A DNA stretch of 56,771 nt, taken from assembly GCA_012270885.1 (NCBI GenBank), contig JAAXHN010000043.1, positions 1-56,771 of the forward strand. Direction: 5' to 3'. Both the position numbers and the translations under genes were made by a program. This document shows, in pieces, positions 38,009 through 47,835 of this stretch (position 1 is the first letter of the stretch; each line of letters starts with the position of its first letter). The notes below the pieces were generated by a model. The model ran no database searches. It was given only the letters and a program-made list of their open reading frames with translations, and had not been told where the DNA came from. Source of the stretch: Acidimicrobiia bacterium. GTDB taxonomy: Bacteria; Actinomycetota; Acidimicrobiia; Spongiisociales; ZC4RG35.

Positions 38009-38692
38009 ATGAATGCCGGACGGCTGTTGGTTGTGGAGGACGACCCGCGGGTACGTGAGTCGTTGCAGCGCGCCCTGCATCTGGAGGGATTCGATGTAAC
38101 TACTGTGACAGACGGCCTGGCGGCGCTGGAGAGAATCGCTTCCGGCTCCCCCGACGCCGTCATCCTGGACGTCAGCATGCCGTTCCTGGACGGGTTGGGA
38201 GTGGCCCGGAGGATGCGAAAGGACGGGGATACCACACCGATCCTGATGCTCACCGCCCGCCACGAGGTGACCCATCGGGTGGCCGGACTCGATGCCGGCG
38301 CCGATGACTATCTGGTAAAGCCATTCGCGCTGGAAGAGCTTTTGGCCCGCATACGGGCCCTGCTGCGCCGCGGGGGGATCTACGGACAGAGCCAACCCAT
38401 GCGGCTGGCTGACCTGTCCGTCGACCCAGGCTCCCGGCGGGTGTTCAGGGGAAGGCGTGAGATCATCCTGACCAAGACGGAGTTCGACCTTCTGGAGTTG
38501 CTGGTTTTCAACGCCAGGATCGTGCTGCCGCGGGATGTGATCATGGATCGGATCTGGGGTTATGACTTCGCAACCAGTTCCAATCCCCTGGAGGTCTACG
38601 TTGGATACCTTCGCCGGAAGTTGGAATCCGGAGGGGAGACCCGGTTGATCCACACGGTGCGGGGAGTGGGGTATGTAGCGAGGGATTCATGA
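38009..38692 (+). CDS. OmpR/PhoB family response regulator (MprA-like)
   Basis: [42 protein letters not shown]. Confidence 0.95.
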   Translation: MNAGRLLVVEDDPRVRESLQRALHLEGFDVTTVTDGLAALERIASGSPDAVILDVSMPFLDGLGVARRMRKDGDTTPILMLTARHEVTHRVAGLDAGADDYLVKPFALEELLARIRALLRRGGIYGQSQPMRLADLSVDPGSRRVFRGRREIILTKTEFDLLELLVFNARIVLPRDVIMDRIWGYDFATSSNPLEVYVGYLRRKLESGGETRLIHTVRGVGYVARDS

Positions 38693-40092
38693 GCATCCGC
38701 TGGAGATGGGCCCTGAGCCTCGGTCTGGTGGCCGCCGTGGCTGTCGGTCTCACTACCTGGGCAGCCACCTTGTCTGCGGCGCAGGAACTCCGGGGAGCGG
38801 TAAACGTCGATCTCCAAGAACAGGCCTCTCACCTGCAGGAAGACGCCGAGGAACTGGCCGATGAGCCACATGGCCACGAGGGTGACGCGGGATCCCATGG
38901 TGACGGGGGTCCGCATGATGACTGGCATTCACGGATGGTGGACCCTGGCTTCTTCCTTCAGGTCTTTGACCAGGACGGTGCAGTCGTTCTGCAGACAGGC
39001 CCCGGCGATGTGACTCTCCCAGTCGAGCCCACCGATCTGGCGACGGTCAACGGTACCGGCGGCCCAACGATACGGGACATTCAAGTCGGCGATGTGACCT
39101 ACCGCATGCTCACCAGCAGACTGCACCACCCGCCGCCCGAGATCCCGTCCGCCGCCGGGTTCCAGATTGCCAGTGACATGTCCCGAGTCAATGCCAATGT
39201 GGCAGGGTTCACCCGTCGGATGCTCCCGATCGGCGTTGTCGGCATCCTTCTGGTAGGACTGACCGGCTGGGCGCTGGCTTCTCGCGCAGTTCGACCGATC
39301 ACCGACCTAACCGAGGCCGCCGAACAGATAGCCGCCACCGAGAGACTGGATGCAGGAGTCAAACTCGACCGCTCAGCCCCCGGGGAGATAGGTCGCCTGG
39401 CCGCCGCCTTCGCATCGATGCTGTCCTCATTGTGGGCGTCCAGGCGGGAACAACAGCGGTTGGTATCCGATGCGGGACATGAGTTCCGGACACCCATCAC
39501 GGCCCTCAAAACCAACCTCGAGACGCTCCTCCGCCAAGACCAGACTCTTTCCGATTCCCAACGGCTCGAAATAGCTGAGGCCGCCCTGACGCAATCGAAC
39601 CAGTTGGGGGATCTTGCAACCGAACTGGTGGACCTCGCCACCGATGTGCACCACAATGATGAGGAGGTCACCGAGATAGACCTGGGCGAACTCGCCGCAG
39701 ACGTGGCGCAACGCTTCCGTGGGGTGGGCCACAAAGAGGTAGTGGTCTCCGGAGAGGGCGCGGCATTGAGAGGAAGGCGTTCACAACTGGACAGGGCACT
39801 CGGAAACCTGGTGGACAACGCTGTCAAATGGGCAGCCGCCAGAGTGGAGATAAACGTCGAGGGCGGGACGGTCACCGTAGTGGATGATGGTCCCGGCATA
39901 CCCGAAGGCGATCTCCCATACGTTTTCCGTCGCTTCTACCGCTCAAGCCAAGCGAGAGGTACCCCCGGCTCGGGGTTGGGGCTAGCAATCGTGGAGCATC
40001 TCGTAGGCGCCCACACAGGAACCGTTTTCGCCCGGAACCGAGCCGGTGGGGGTGCCGAGGTGGGTTTTACTCTCCCAGTGACCGAAGGCTGA
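38689..40092 (+). CDS. HAMP-domain sensor histidine kinase (MprB-like)
   Basis: Two TM helices, HAMP, H-box [10 protein letters not shown]-box [26 protein letters not shown]. Confidence 0.95.
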   Translation: MSIRWRWALSLGLVAAVAVGLTTWAATLSAAQELRGAVNVDLQEQASHLQEDAEELADEPHGHEGDAGSHGDGGPHDDWHSRMVDPGFFLQVFDQDGAVVLQTGPGDVTLPVEPTDLATVNGTGGPTIRDIQVGDVTYRMLTSRLHHPPPEIPSAAGFQIASDMSRVNANVAGFTRRMLPIGVVGILLVGLTGWALASRAVRPITDLTEAAEQIAATERLDAGVKLDRSAPGEIGRLAAAFASMLSSLWASRREQQRLVSDAGHEFRTPITALKTNLETLLRQDQTLSDSQRLEIAEAALTQSNQLGDLATELVDLATDVHHNDEEVTEIDLGELAADVAQRFRGVGHKEVVVSGEGAALRGRRSQLDRALGNLVDNAVKWAAARVEINVEGGTVTVVDDGPGIPEGDLPYVFRRFYRSSQARGTPGSGLGLAIVEHLVGAHTGTVFARNRAGGGAEVGFTLPVTEG

Positions 40093-40232
40093 GGCACGGC
40101 CGGATCGAAGGGACGCCCCCCTCCTTTCTGCTACCCCACGGCCAGAGGCGGCACGATGCGGATTGGATGACGGGCGGCTTCCGAGTCAATCCGGGACCAT
40201 CGGCACAGATCGTTCGGAGGGGGGATTCACAA

Positions 40233-41240
40233 TCAGCGGGTGAAGTAGAGCAGAAACTCCATGACCCCGTGGTCCTCCACGGAGATGACGCTGGCAGACG
40301 TCGGCGTGGGCACTCCGTAGTCGCTGAATACCACCTCGCTCGATCCCGCCACCACTATGGCGTTGCCCACCAATCGGGCCTTCAAATCGAACGCCGCCCG
40401 GTTCGTAACCCCCTTTATCGAGAGTTCGCCATGGGCCGTTCCTGAGAACGTATCACCCCCGAACACACCGATGGGCAACTCCACGGACTCGAGGAGCGTG
40501 AAGACCGCCAGCGGAAACTCCCTGGTGTTGAGGGCCTGCCGCATGTGGCTGTCACGGTGGCTGTTGTCGGTGCGCAACGTTGCCAAATCGACCTCCACCC
40601 TCGCAGCCACCAGGTTGGCGTCTGCCAGTTCGATGGAGCCGGCCAGATCGGCGGTACGGCCCACCGCAGTGGACTCGGCGACCCGGCCCACCAGCACCTC
40701 CACCACCCGGAATCCGGCGAAGCTGACCGCGGGCTCCCCCGGCATGCCCTCGGCGCTGTCGGGTATCGCCAAGGTCCACAAACCGGCGAAGGCCTCCGGG
40801 TCGGGGCCGGCCGATGTCGTCTCTGTGGCGCCTGTGTCCGTCGATGGTGCGTCGGCGGCGGGCTCGGCAACCGGAGGGGTGTCCGATGAGGTCGTTGTAG
40901 CAACTGTGTCTGTCGGTGGGGTGTCGTCGGTCGTCGGGAGATCCGGCGAGCCACCCGAAGCGTTGATGGCGATGTCGGTGTTCATCGTTTCTGCTTCGAC
41001 GCCCGCGCCAGTTGACAGCTCACCGTCGGGGCCGGTTGTCGATGTCATGCCGGGGTTCTCGGAGAGCCGGGTGGCCGGCGAAACATCGATATCGTCGAGG
41101 GAAGCTGCCTCGAGTTGGGCTACAGCCGCCTCCAAGTCAACGGCTTCGGGACCATCGTCGATCCACCACAAGAGAGCAGCGGTCGCCAGAGTCACGATCG
41201 CGACTCCTGCCCAGATCGAGATCTTGACGAACTTCTTCAT
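40233..41240 (-). CDS. Membrane-anchored YceI family lipid/polyisoprenoid-binding protein
   Basis: N-terminal TM, long T/P/D/S/A-rich linker, YceI domain (GFRV.E, VDLATLRTDN..RD, FP.A.F, GELSIKGVT). Confidence 0.85.
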   Translation of the reverse strand: MKKFVKISIWAGVAIVTLATAALLWWIDDGPEAVDLEAAVAQLEAASLDDIDVSPATRLSENPGMTSTTGPDGELSTGAGVEAETMNTDIAINASGGSPDLPTTDDTPPTDTVATTTSSDTPPVAEPAADAPSTDTGATETTSAGPDPEAFAGLWTLAIPDSAEGMPGEPAVSFAGFRVVEVLVGRVAESTAVGRTADLAGSIELADANLVAARVEVDLATLRTDNSHRDSHMRQALNTREFPLAVFTLLESVELPIGVFGGDTFSGTAHGELSIKGVTNRAAFDLKARLVGNAIVVAGSSEVVFSDYGVPTPTSASVISVEDHGVMEFLLYFTR

Positions 41241-41386
41241 CTATTTGTCTTCTTGCAAAGTTTGTCTCTCACCCGTTACCGAGACCGATGTCTCTGCCGC
41301 CCCGAAGGTGGGCAGCCACCGTGCGAGAGAATGAAGATAAGCACAACCGGGCCGTAGGAACTGCGCGTCCCTTTCTTTAGGAGTAG

Positions 41387-41424
41387 GAACGGGTCCCGGG
41401 GGAGGAAGTCCCCGGGACCTGTTC
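41387..41424. terminator. GC-rich hairpin downstream of the His-rich gene
   Basis: GAACGGGTCCCGGGG / CCCCGGGACCTGTTC inverted repeat, 15 bp with one mismatch. Confidence 0.6.
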
Positions 41425-41457
41425 GCACAAGCGGCAGAGTGAAGGTGATGCGGTTGC

Positions 41458-41970
41458 TCAGTGGCCGTGACCATCATCCTCATCTTCAGAATGGGTATGA
41501 GCAATCTCCGCCTCGGAGTGGGTGTGAGGAATACTCTCATCAGAGTTCGCATAACTGCCGTCCTCCGCATGCGTATGATCGCCCTCCTCATCCTCAGAGT
41601 GCATGTGAGCAACACCCTCATCAGAGTGGGTATGGGCAACACCCTCATCAGAGATCGCATAACTGCCGTCCTCCGCATGCGTATGATCGCCTTCCTCGTC
41701 AGAGTGCATGTGAGCAACACATTCCTCCGAGTGGGTGTGAGCAACACCCTCATCAGAGATCGCATAACTGCCGCTCTCCGGATGCGAATCACTGCCAATC
41801 TCCCCGGCGGTAGCGCTACCCACCACCACATCGGTCAGCGCTGCTTCCGGAACGGCCAGGCTTTTGTAATAGTCTCCACCCGTCACCGGGTCGGAGCCTG
41901 CTTCCGCCAATGCCAGGGAGGCAACCCCCAGCAGCGCTACCACGCACGCCGGAAGAATCGCTTTGCGCAT
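41458..41970 (-). CDS. Secreted His/Asp/Glu-rich repeat protein (putative metal-binding)
   Basis: ATG 41970 preceded by GGAGAAGGAC. Signal peptide MRKAIL...ALA. 170 aa with 19 His, including nine HxH motifs. Confidence 0.8.
   Translation of the reverse strand: MRKAILPACVVALLGVASLALAEAGSDPVTGGDYYKSLAVPEAALTDVVVGSATAGEIGSDSHPESGSYAISDEGVAHTHSEECVAHMHSDEEGDHTHAEDGSYAISDEGVAHTHSDEGVAHMHSEDEEGDHTHAEDGSYANSDESIPHTHSEAEIAHTHSEDEDDGHGH
41470..41790 (-). repeat. Three imperfect tandem repeats of 105-108 bp built from about 27-bp subunits
   Basis: GCATAACTGCCG recurs at 41549, 41657 and 41762. Encodes GSYA(I/N)SDE.(V/I).HTHS...AH(M/T)HS.. Confidence 0.92.
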
Positions 41971-42022
41971 GTCCTTCTCCTTTCTGTCGCGGACCATGCA
42001 CCAACCACCATCCCAGCCCATC

Positions 42023-42061
42023 CTGAACCGCCCCTGAGATAAGGCTGAACACCCGATGAGA
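42023..42061 (-). promoter_or_regulatory. Four direct repeats at 11-bp period (OmpR/MprA-box-like)
   Basis: Minus strand TCTCAT-N5-GTTCAG-N5-TCTCAG-N5-GTTCAG, ending about 52 bp upstream of the His-rich gene start. Confidence 0.65.
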
Positions 42062-42109
42062 AAGATGGCGAGGGGCCCGGCGGTAACGTCCCCAGGCCGG
42101 ATCTGCCGG

Positions 42110-43672
42110 CTAGAAGCTTCCCAACTCTCCCAGCCGGATCCGGTCGACCGCCATGATCAAGAGCGTCACGGTCGCCGCCAACACCACCGCCATCGCCATG
42201 GCGCCGGTGTAGCTGACCGCCCCCGGGCGTCCCAGCAGCCGGAAGATCAGGGCGGGCACGGTGATGGTGTCGGGACGGGCTATGAAGGCCGTGGCGCCGA
42301 ACTCCCCCAGGGAGACCGCCGCCGCGAACCCCGCCCCCACCGCCACCGCCCGCGCCGCGATCGGCAGGTCGACCTCCCGAAACACCCGCCAAGGAGAGGC
42401 CCCTAAGACGGATGCCGCCTCCCGCAGGCCGGTCCCGACCGAGCGGAGCATGGGGGTGACCGTCCGCACCACGAACGGCACGGCCACCAGGGCGTGGGCA
42501 AGCGGTACGAGCACCACCGTGGCTCTCAGGTCAACCGGCCAGTCCAGGGCCACCAGCATTCCGAATCCCACGGTCACCGCCGAAGCGCCCAGCGGCAGCA
42601 TCAGCACCACATCGAACCACCGGGCTGCTCGGCCCTTGCCGGAAACTATCACGGTTGAAGCGCACAATCCCACCGTCACCGCCACCACCGCGGTGGCCCC
42701 GGCGTACAAGAGCGAGTTGACCATCGCCCGACCGGGCGTCACGGCCAGCGGGCCCGGGTCCGCCACGAAACGCCAGCCGGCTCCGCCGGAGCGGAGCGAG
42801 CGGACCACCAGCATTACCAGGGGAACCGCCAGGGCCCCGAGGGTCCCCCAAACCGCCGCTCCAACCCCCAATCGCTCCCCAAGACTCTGTGGGCGCTGCA
42901 GGTTGCGGATCTCCGCCTCCAACTCCAGTCCCACCGCTGTGCGCTCCTGGTAGCGGGAATACCAGGCCAGCACCGCGGTCACCCCCACCAGTTGCAGTAT
43001 GGCCAGGGCGGCCGCGGCGGGAAGGTTCAAAAACACCACGGTCTGCTGCCAGATCTCCACCTCCAGGGTTCGGTATCGAAGCCCTCCCAGGATGAGCACC
43101 ACCCCGAAGGAGGTGAACGTGAACAGGAAGACGATGGCCGACGAAGCGGCCAGGGCCGGGCGGAGGAGCGGGAGGGTCAGCTTCCAGAACACCTGGCGGG
43201 GGTTTGCCCCCAAAGTCCGGGCGGCCTCGAACAGGGACCGGTCGATCCTGGCCCACACACCTCCCACAGTGCGCACCACGACCGCCACGTTGTAGAAGAC
43301 ATGGGCGGCCAGGATGGCCCACACGCTTCCTCCGATTCCCAACGAGAGAAAGGCCGACGCCACCACCACCGTGGGCAACACGAAGGGCGCGGTCACCAGG
43401 GCCTTGGCCAGGGCGCGGCCCGCAAACCTGAACCTCGCGACGGCCCAGGTGATCGGGGCGGCGGCCACCAGGGTCAAGACCACCGAGGCGGCGGACTGCC
43501 ACACCGAGAACCACAGAGCGCTCCGTAACCCCGAGTCCGCTAAGACCTCCCCGAAGGCACCGAACGCTCCCTCCTCCCCAAGGGAGAGGCCCAGGATGCG
43601 AGCCAGGGGATAGAGGAACAGGTAACCCAGGAAGGCCACCGCCACCCCTGCGGCCACCCAACGGTAGGTCAT
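42110..43672 (-). CDS. thiP: Thiamine ABC transporter permease
   Basis: Duplicated permease with two EAA loops (FEAARTLGA, REAASVLGA) and PFVLPTVVVA; follows thiB. Confidence 0.9.
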   Translation of the reverse strand: MTYRWVAAGVAVAFLGYLFLYPLARILGLSLGEEGAFGAFGEVLADSGLRSALWFSVWQSAASVVLTLVAAAPITWAVARFRFAGRALAKALVTAPFVLPTVVVASAFLSLGIGGSVWAILAAHVFYNVAVVVRTVGGVWARIDRSLFEAARTLGANPRQVFWKLTLPLLRPALAASSAIVFLFTFTSFGVVLILGGLRYRTLEVEIWQQTVVFLNLPAAAALAILQLVGVTAVLAWYSRYQERTAVGLELEAEIRNLQRPQSLGERLGVGAAVWGTLGALAVPLVMLVVRSLRSGGAGWRFVADPGPLAVTPGRAMVNSLLYAGATAVVAVTVGLCASTVIVSGKGRAARWFDVVLMLPLGASAVTVGFGMLVALDWPVDLRATVVLVPLAHALVAVPFVVRTVTPMLRSVGTGLREAASVLGASPWRVFREVDLPIAARAVAVGAGFAAAVSLGEFGATAFIARPDTITVPALIFRLLGRPGAVSYTGAMAMAVVLAATVTLLIMAVDRIRLGELGSF

Positions 43673-43727
43673 CTGCACCCTGCGGACCCGACCCGCATCC
43701 GGTCAGCGTTGCGTCCGAACAGACCGG

Positions 43728-44756
43728 CTATCCCAGCACCAACTCGGTCCACTCCTCTATCCACCGTTCTCGATTCTCATCGATCAACCCAGGATCCACG
43801 GACGCCGGTTCCTCGGGCAGCGCGGTGTGTTCGACGAATTCTGGAGGCAGGGAGGCATCCGTGTTGGCCGGGAACACGAACCACGTGAGGGGGATCTGCT
43901 CCTGGAATTCCACCGACAACATGTAGTCGATCAGGTCGCCGGCCGCCTCGGGGTACTCGGTCCCCTCCAGGATCCCGGCGAACTCGATCTGGCGGTAGCA
44001 GCCTTCCGTCACCACCCCGGTGGGGGCGATGTCGGTGGGCGGATCGGAGTAGATCACCTCGGCCGGCGGAGAGGAAGCGTAGGAGACCACCAGCGGGCGG
44101 TCGCCTCCCCATCGGGTGAAGGAGGCGTAGTAGGCGGTGTCCCAGTCGGGAACCACTTCCACGTCGTTGTCCACCAGGGCTTGCCAGTAGTCCTTCCAGC
44201 CGTCCTCCCCGAACACCGCTATGGTGGTGAGCAGGAACGCCAGCCCCGGGGAAGAGGTGGCCGGGCTCTCCACCACCAACTGGCCCCGGTAACGCTCGGT
44301 GGTCAGGTCCCGCAGGTTGCGGGGCGCACCTGCATCCGCGATCACGCCCCGGTCATAGTTGAGGCACACGTCGCCGAAGTCGATGGGAGTAACGCGGTTC
44401 TCGGAGTCCAGACGGATGTTCTCGGGAGTCTTGTCCAGCAGGTCGGACCGGTGGGAGCGGAAAATGCCGGCGTCCAGGGCCCTGGAAAGGAAGGTGTCGT
44501 CCACCCCGAACAGCACATCGGCAAGAGGATTGTCCTTGGTCAGGATGGCCTGGTTGACCAGGGAGCCAGTGTCTCCCGCCGGCACGATCTCCACCGCGAT
44601 GCCGCTCTCGGCCGTGAACGAAGCAAAGGTCTCCTCGGTCACGCCCCCTCCGAAGGAGTCGTGACTGATGATTGTCAGGGTCTCGGGATCGGCATCTCCG
44701 CAGGCTCCCAGGGCCAAGGCCGTGATGATGATACCGACCGCCAGTTTTGCACGCAT
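43728..44756 (-). CDS. thiB: Thiamine ABC substrate-binding lipoprotein
   Basis: Lipobox LGAC, HDSF, GVDDTFL, PATSSPG, W..AY, SYASSP, YRQIE; TPP riboswitch upstream. Confidence 0.93.
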   Translation of the reverse strand: MRAKLAVGIIITALALGACGDADPETLTIISHDSFGGGVTEETFASFTAESGIAVEIVPAGDTGSLVNQAILTKDNPLADVLFGVDDTFLSRALDAGIFRSHRSDLLDKTPENIRLDSENRVTPIDFGDVCLNYDRGVIADAGAPRNLRDLTTERYRGQLVVESPATSSPGLAFLLTTIAVFGEDGWKDYWQALVDNDVEVVPDWDTAYYASFTRWGGDRPLVVSYASSPPAEVIYSDPPTDIAPTGVVTEGCYRQIEFAGILEGTEYPEAAGDLIDYMLSVEFQEQIPLTWFVFPANTDASLPPEFVEHTALPEEPASVDPGLIDENRERWIEEWTELVLG

Positions 44757-44811
44757 TGGGGGCTCCTTGTCTTGTGCAGGGAGCCCGAGAAACTGGGTGT
44801 CTCTCTGTCAG

Positions 44812-44908
44812 AGAGCTTCCTTCGCCGGCATTACCCGGATCAGGTGCTAACGGTCGGAGGAACACATCCTCCCTCTCAGCCCGGTCTCACCGAGCTCCCG
44901 TGTTTGCT
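44812..44908 (-). ncRNA. TPP riboswitch (thi-box)
   Basis: Minus strand GGGAGCTC..GGGCTGAGA..GACCGTTAGCACCTGATCCGGGTAATGCCGGCGAAGGAAG. A downstream hairpin (44760-44786) can sequester the AAGGAG SD of thiB. Confidence 0.95.
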
Positions 44909-44912
44909 GGCC

Positions 44913-45584
44913 TCAATGATAGTGGTCAAAGAGGCGGGGGACCCCCGAATCCGGGTCCCGAAGCAACTGGTAGTCCACCTCCCGGACGCCCAACGACCTG
45001 GATTCAGCCAGCACCCTGGCCTGGGGGGCGACGGCGGTGGCGATCAACACCCCTCGGACCGGCGTGAGCCGCGGGTCGAGCTCCAACTGGGCGACGTACC
45101 GGGTCAACTGCTCGACTCCCGACATCTCACCACGCCGCTTGACCTCCACCGCCACGGTCCCTCCCTCCGGATCGGTACAGAGCAAATCGATAGGCCCGAT
45201 GGCGGTCGGATACTCTCGCCGGATCAGCTTCAAGCCCGGGCCGATCACCTCCGGATTGTCAGCCAGCAACTCCTGTAGATGGGTCTCGACTCCGTCCTTG
45301 GAAAGACCCGGATCCACGCCCAACTCATGGGAGATGTCGGAGAACACCTCATGGATGGTGATCTCCAAACGCTCGCCCTTGGGATTGGTTACCAGCCAGG
45401 ACTCCTCCCCCTCTTCCAGCGTGTTGGGAGCCGACATCCAGTTGAGTGGTTTATAGGCGCCCCCATCGGCGTGAACCGCCACGCATCCGTCCGCCTTGAT
45501 CATTATCAAGCGCCGGGACCGGGGAAGATGGGCGTCCACCCGGCCCTGGTAGTTGACCGTGCACTCTGCGATCACCAGCCTCAT
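44913..45584 (-). CDS. nucS: Mismatch-specific endonuclease NucS/EndoMS
   Basis: [52 protein letters not shown]. Start at ATG 45584. Confidence 0.96.
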   Translation of the reverse strand: MRLVIAECTVNYQGRVDAHLPRSRRLIMIKADGCVAVHADGGAYKPLNWMSAPNTLEEGEESWLVTNPKGERLEITIHEVFSDISHELGVDPGLSKDGVETHLQELLADNPEVIGPGLKLIRREYPTAIGPIDLLCTDPEGGTVAVEVKRRGEMSGVEQLTRYVAQLELDPRLTPVRGVLIATAVAPQARVLAESRSLGVREVDYQLLRDPDSGVPRLFDHYH

Positions 45585-46948
45585 GGCTGGACGGCGCCCG
45601 CCCCCAGTATTCGCAGCGCCGCCGCCTCGGCGACGATCGCCCTCTCCAGTTCCCCCAGGTCCAGGCTCTCGTTGGGAGCGTGAATGCCCGAGCCGGGGTC
45701 TCCGATCCCAGCCAGCAAGAGGGGGGCATCCGGAAACACCCTTGCAAAGGACGCCAGGAAGGGAATGGTCCCGCCCTCCCCCTTCTCCACCGGAGCAACC
45801 CCCCACGCCGCCTCCAAACCCCGCCGCCAGGCGTCGATGGCGGGGTGAGAGGGGACCTGTTGGAAGCCTTCCGCCTCCTCTACGAAGTCCACCTTCAACT
45901 GCGCTCCCCATGGCAGGTTCTCCCTCAAGTGCTCGGAAAGGGCCCGCCGGGCCGTCTCGGGGTCCTGTCCCGGGGCGGTTCGCACGCTCACCTTTGCCCT
46001 GGCCACGGGCACCAGCAGATTTATGGCCTCCGACATGGGAGGAGCGTCCACCGCCAGGACCGAGATCGCCGGTTTGGTCCACAGCCGGGATGCCGCCGAA
46101 CCCGTCCCGATGGTCTCCAAGCCGGCCACGGCCCCCAGGTTCTCGGCCAGATCGTCCACCGGCATCTCCAAATCTGTCACGTCGCTTCGCACCAGACCCT
46201 TCACCGCCACGTCGCCTTCTTCGTCGTGCAGGGTGGAGAGGAGGCGGACCATGGTGGTTATGGCATCGGGGAACAACCCCCCGAAGACACCGGAATGCCC
46301 TCCGAGTCGGGCGGTTCGGACTTCCACATTGCACCCCACCAGTCCCCGGAGGGAGGTGGTGATGGCCGGAACCCCCACTGCCCAGTTGCTGGCGTCGGCT
46401 ATCACCACCGCATCGCAAGCCAGCAATTTCTCATAGCGCTCCAGGAATGCCTCCAGGTTGGGCGAGCCGATCTCCTCCTCCCCCTCCAGGAAGACTTTCA
46501 TCCCCACAGGCGGCGACCCGCCAAACGCCCTGGCGGCCCCCAGATGTGCGATCACCCCGCATTTGTCATCGGCCGTCCCCCGGCCGTACATGCGACCTTC
46601 CTTCACCACTGCATCGAATGGCTTAGTCTCCCACACCTCGAGATCGCCGACCGGCTGGACATCGTAGTGGGCGTAGAGAAGCACGGTGGGGGCGCCCTCG
46701 GGGCCGGGCACATGGCCGTACACGGCCGGATGTGCATCCTCGACCTCCAACAACTGGACGTCCCTGTACCCAGCTTCCGCCAGGAGCCGGGCACACTCCT
46801 CCCCCGTCCTCCTCACGTCGGCGGTATGGGACCCGGAGGCGCTGATCGATGGAATGGCCACCAACCCGGCCAGATCCCTAACCAGGTCCGGAAAAAGAGA
46901 CGAGACCGCTTCCCGCAGGTCCCGGTGTGAGTCGGCGCCCTGGCTCAT
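45581..46948 (-). CDS. M20 family dipeptidase
   Basis: [38 protein letters not shown]. Confidence 0.93.
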   Translation of the reverse strand: MSQGADSHRDLREAVSSLFPDLVRDLAGLVAIPSISASGSHTADVRRTGEECARLLAEAGYRDVQLLEVEDAHPAVYGHVPGPEGAPTVLLYAHYDVQPVGDLEVWETKPFDAVVKEGRMYGRGTADDKCGVIAHLGAARAFGGSPPVGMKVFLEGEEEIGSPNLEAFLERYEKLLACDAVVIADASNWAVGVPAITTSLRGLVGCNVEVRTARLGGHSGVFGGLFPDAITTMVRLLSTLHDEEGDVAVKGLVRSDVTDLEMPVDDLAENLGAVAGLETIGTGSAASRLWTKPAISVLAVDAPPMSEAINLLVPVARAKVSVRTAPGQDPETARRALSEHLRENLPWGAQLKVDFVEEAEGFQQVPSHPAIDAWRRGLEAAWGVAPVEKGEGGTIPFLASFARVFPDAPLLLAGIGDPGSGIHAPNESLDLGELERAIVAEAAALRILGAGAVQP

Positions 46949-47069
46949 CGCCACTCCCACCCGGTCTTGGACACGCCCTCCGATACCTTGCGTCGCATTC
47001 CGGGAAGATTACTCAGGCCGGGCGGGGATTGGCCAAAGCAACGCCGACCCGCCATCATCTACGGGTACG

Positions 47070-47822
47070 GTGAATGTGAGACTGGCAGGCATCCCCCTCC
47101 GGGTGAAGCCCTCCTTTCTGGTGGTTGTGTGCCTGCTGGGGATGCCGATCGTCCGGTACCCGACGGCCGAGCCTCTCGAACTCATAGGGCGACTGGCAAT
47201 ATGGATCGGGGTGGTGCTGGTGTCCGTGGTCATCCACGAATTGGGACACGCCCTCCTGGCCCGCCGATTCGGGGCCGAGGTGACCATGGAACTGTGGGCC
47301 CTGGGCGGGCTCACCACCTGGCAGCCCGTGTCCCGGCCGCTCACCCCTGTCAGGCGGGCCGCGGTAGCCGCCGCCGGGTCGGCCTTGGGATTGGTGGTGG
47401 GCGGCGCGGTCTACCCGCTGTGGAAGGTGGCGGGACCGCCGGTCGGTCTGGCGTCCCTCGCACTGGGCTGGATAGTGTGGGTGAACCTGGGCTGGGGCCT
47501 GATTAACTGGTTGCCGATCCGGCTCCTCGACGGCGGCCACATATTCCGTGGAGTTATCGACGCGTTGTGGCCGAAGCGCGCCGAGCGGATCGCCAACCTG
47601 TTCTTTCTCTTCTCCTCGGCGGCGGCCGCTATCGTCGCCTTCCGCCTGAGGTTCCCGATAGCCGGCCTGTTCGCCGCCTTCATGGTCATCATGGAAGTTC
47701 GACACCTGATAGGGGCTGCGCCCAGGACCAGGCGGCCTCCACCGCCTCCTCCCGAGCGCTTCCTGCTCGATCCCCCGTCCCCTCCCGATCCGGCCAGCCC
47801 GAAGGGCGGTCCACCCCGATAA
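47070..47822 (+). CDS. Site-2 protease (M50) family membrane metalloprotease
   Basis: HELGH, AAG, NWLPIRLLDGG; hydrophobic. Start set at GTG 47070. Confidence 0.88.
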   Translation: MNVRLAGIPLRVKPSFLVVVCLLGMPIVRYPTAEPLELIGRLAIWIGVVLVSVVIHELGHALLARRFGAEVTMELWALGGLTTWQPVSRPLTPVRRAAVAAAGSALGLVVGGAVYPLWKVAGPPVGLASLALGWIVWVNLGWGLINWLPIRLLDGGHIFRGVIDALWPKRAERIANLFFLFSSAAAAIVAFRLRFPIAGLFAAFMVIMEVRHLIGAAPRTRRPPPPPPERFLLDPPSPPDPASPKGGPPR

Positions 47823-47835
47823 GGTATGTAGCGAC

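Noticed and set aside
41470-41790. Tandem repeats as a possible CRISPR array
   Set aside because: There are no unique spacers, unit lengths are multiples of three within a coding frame, and no cas genes are nearby.
41241-42042. Alternative repeat-encoded ORFs (41241-41831 minus; 41461-42042 and 41439-41813 plus)
   Set aside because: The His-rich frame has a clear SD and signal peptide. The others look like by-products of the repeat.
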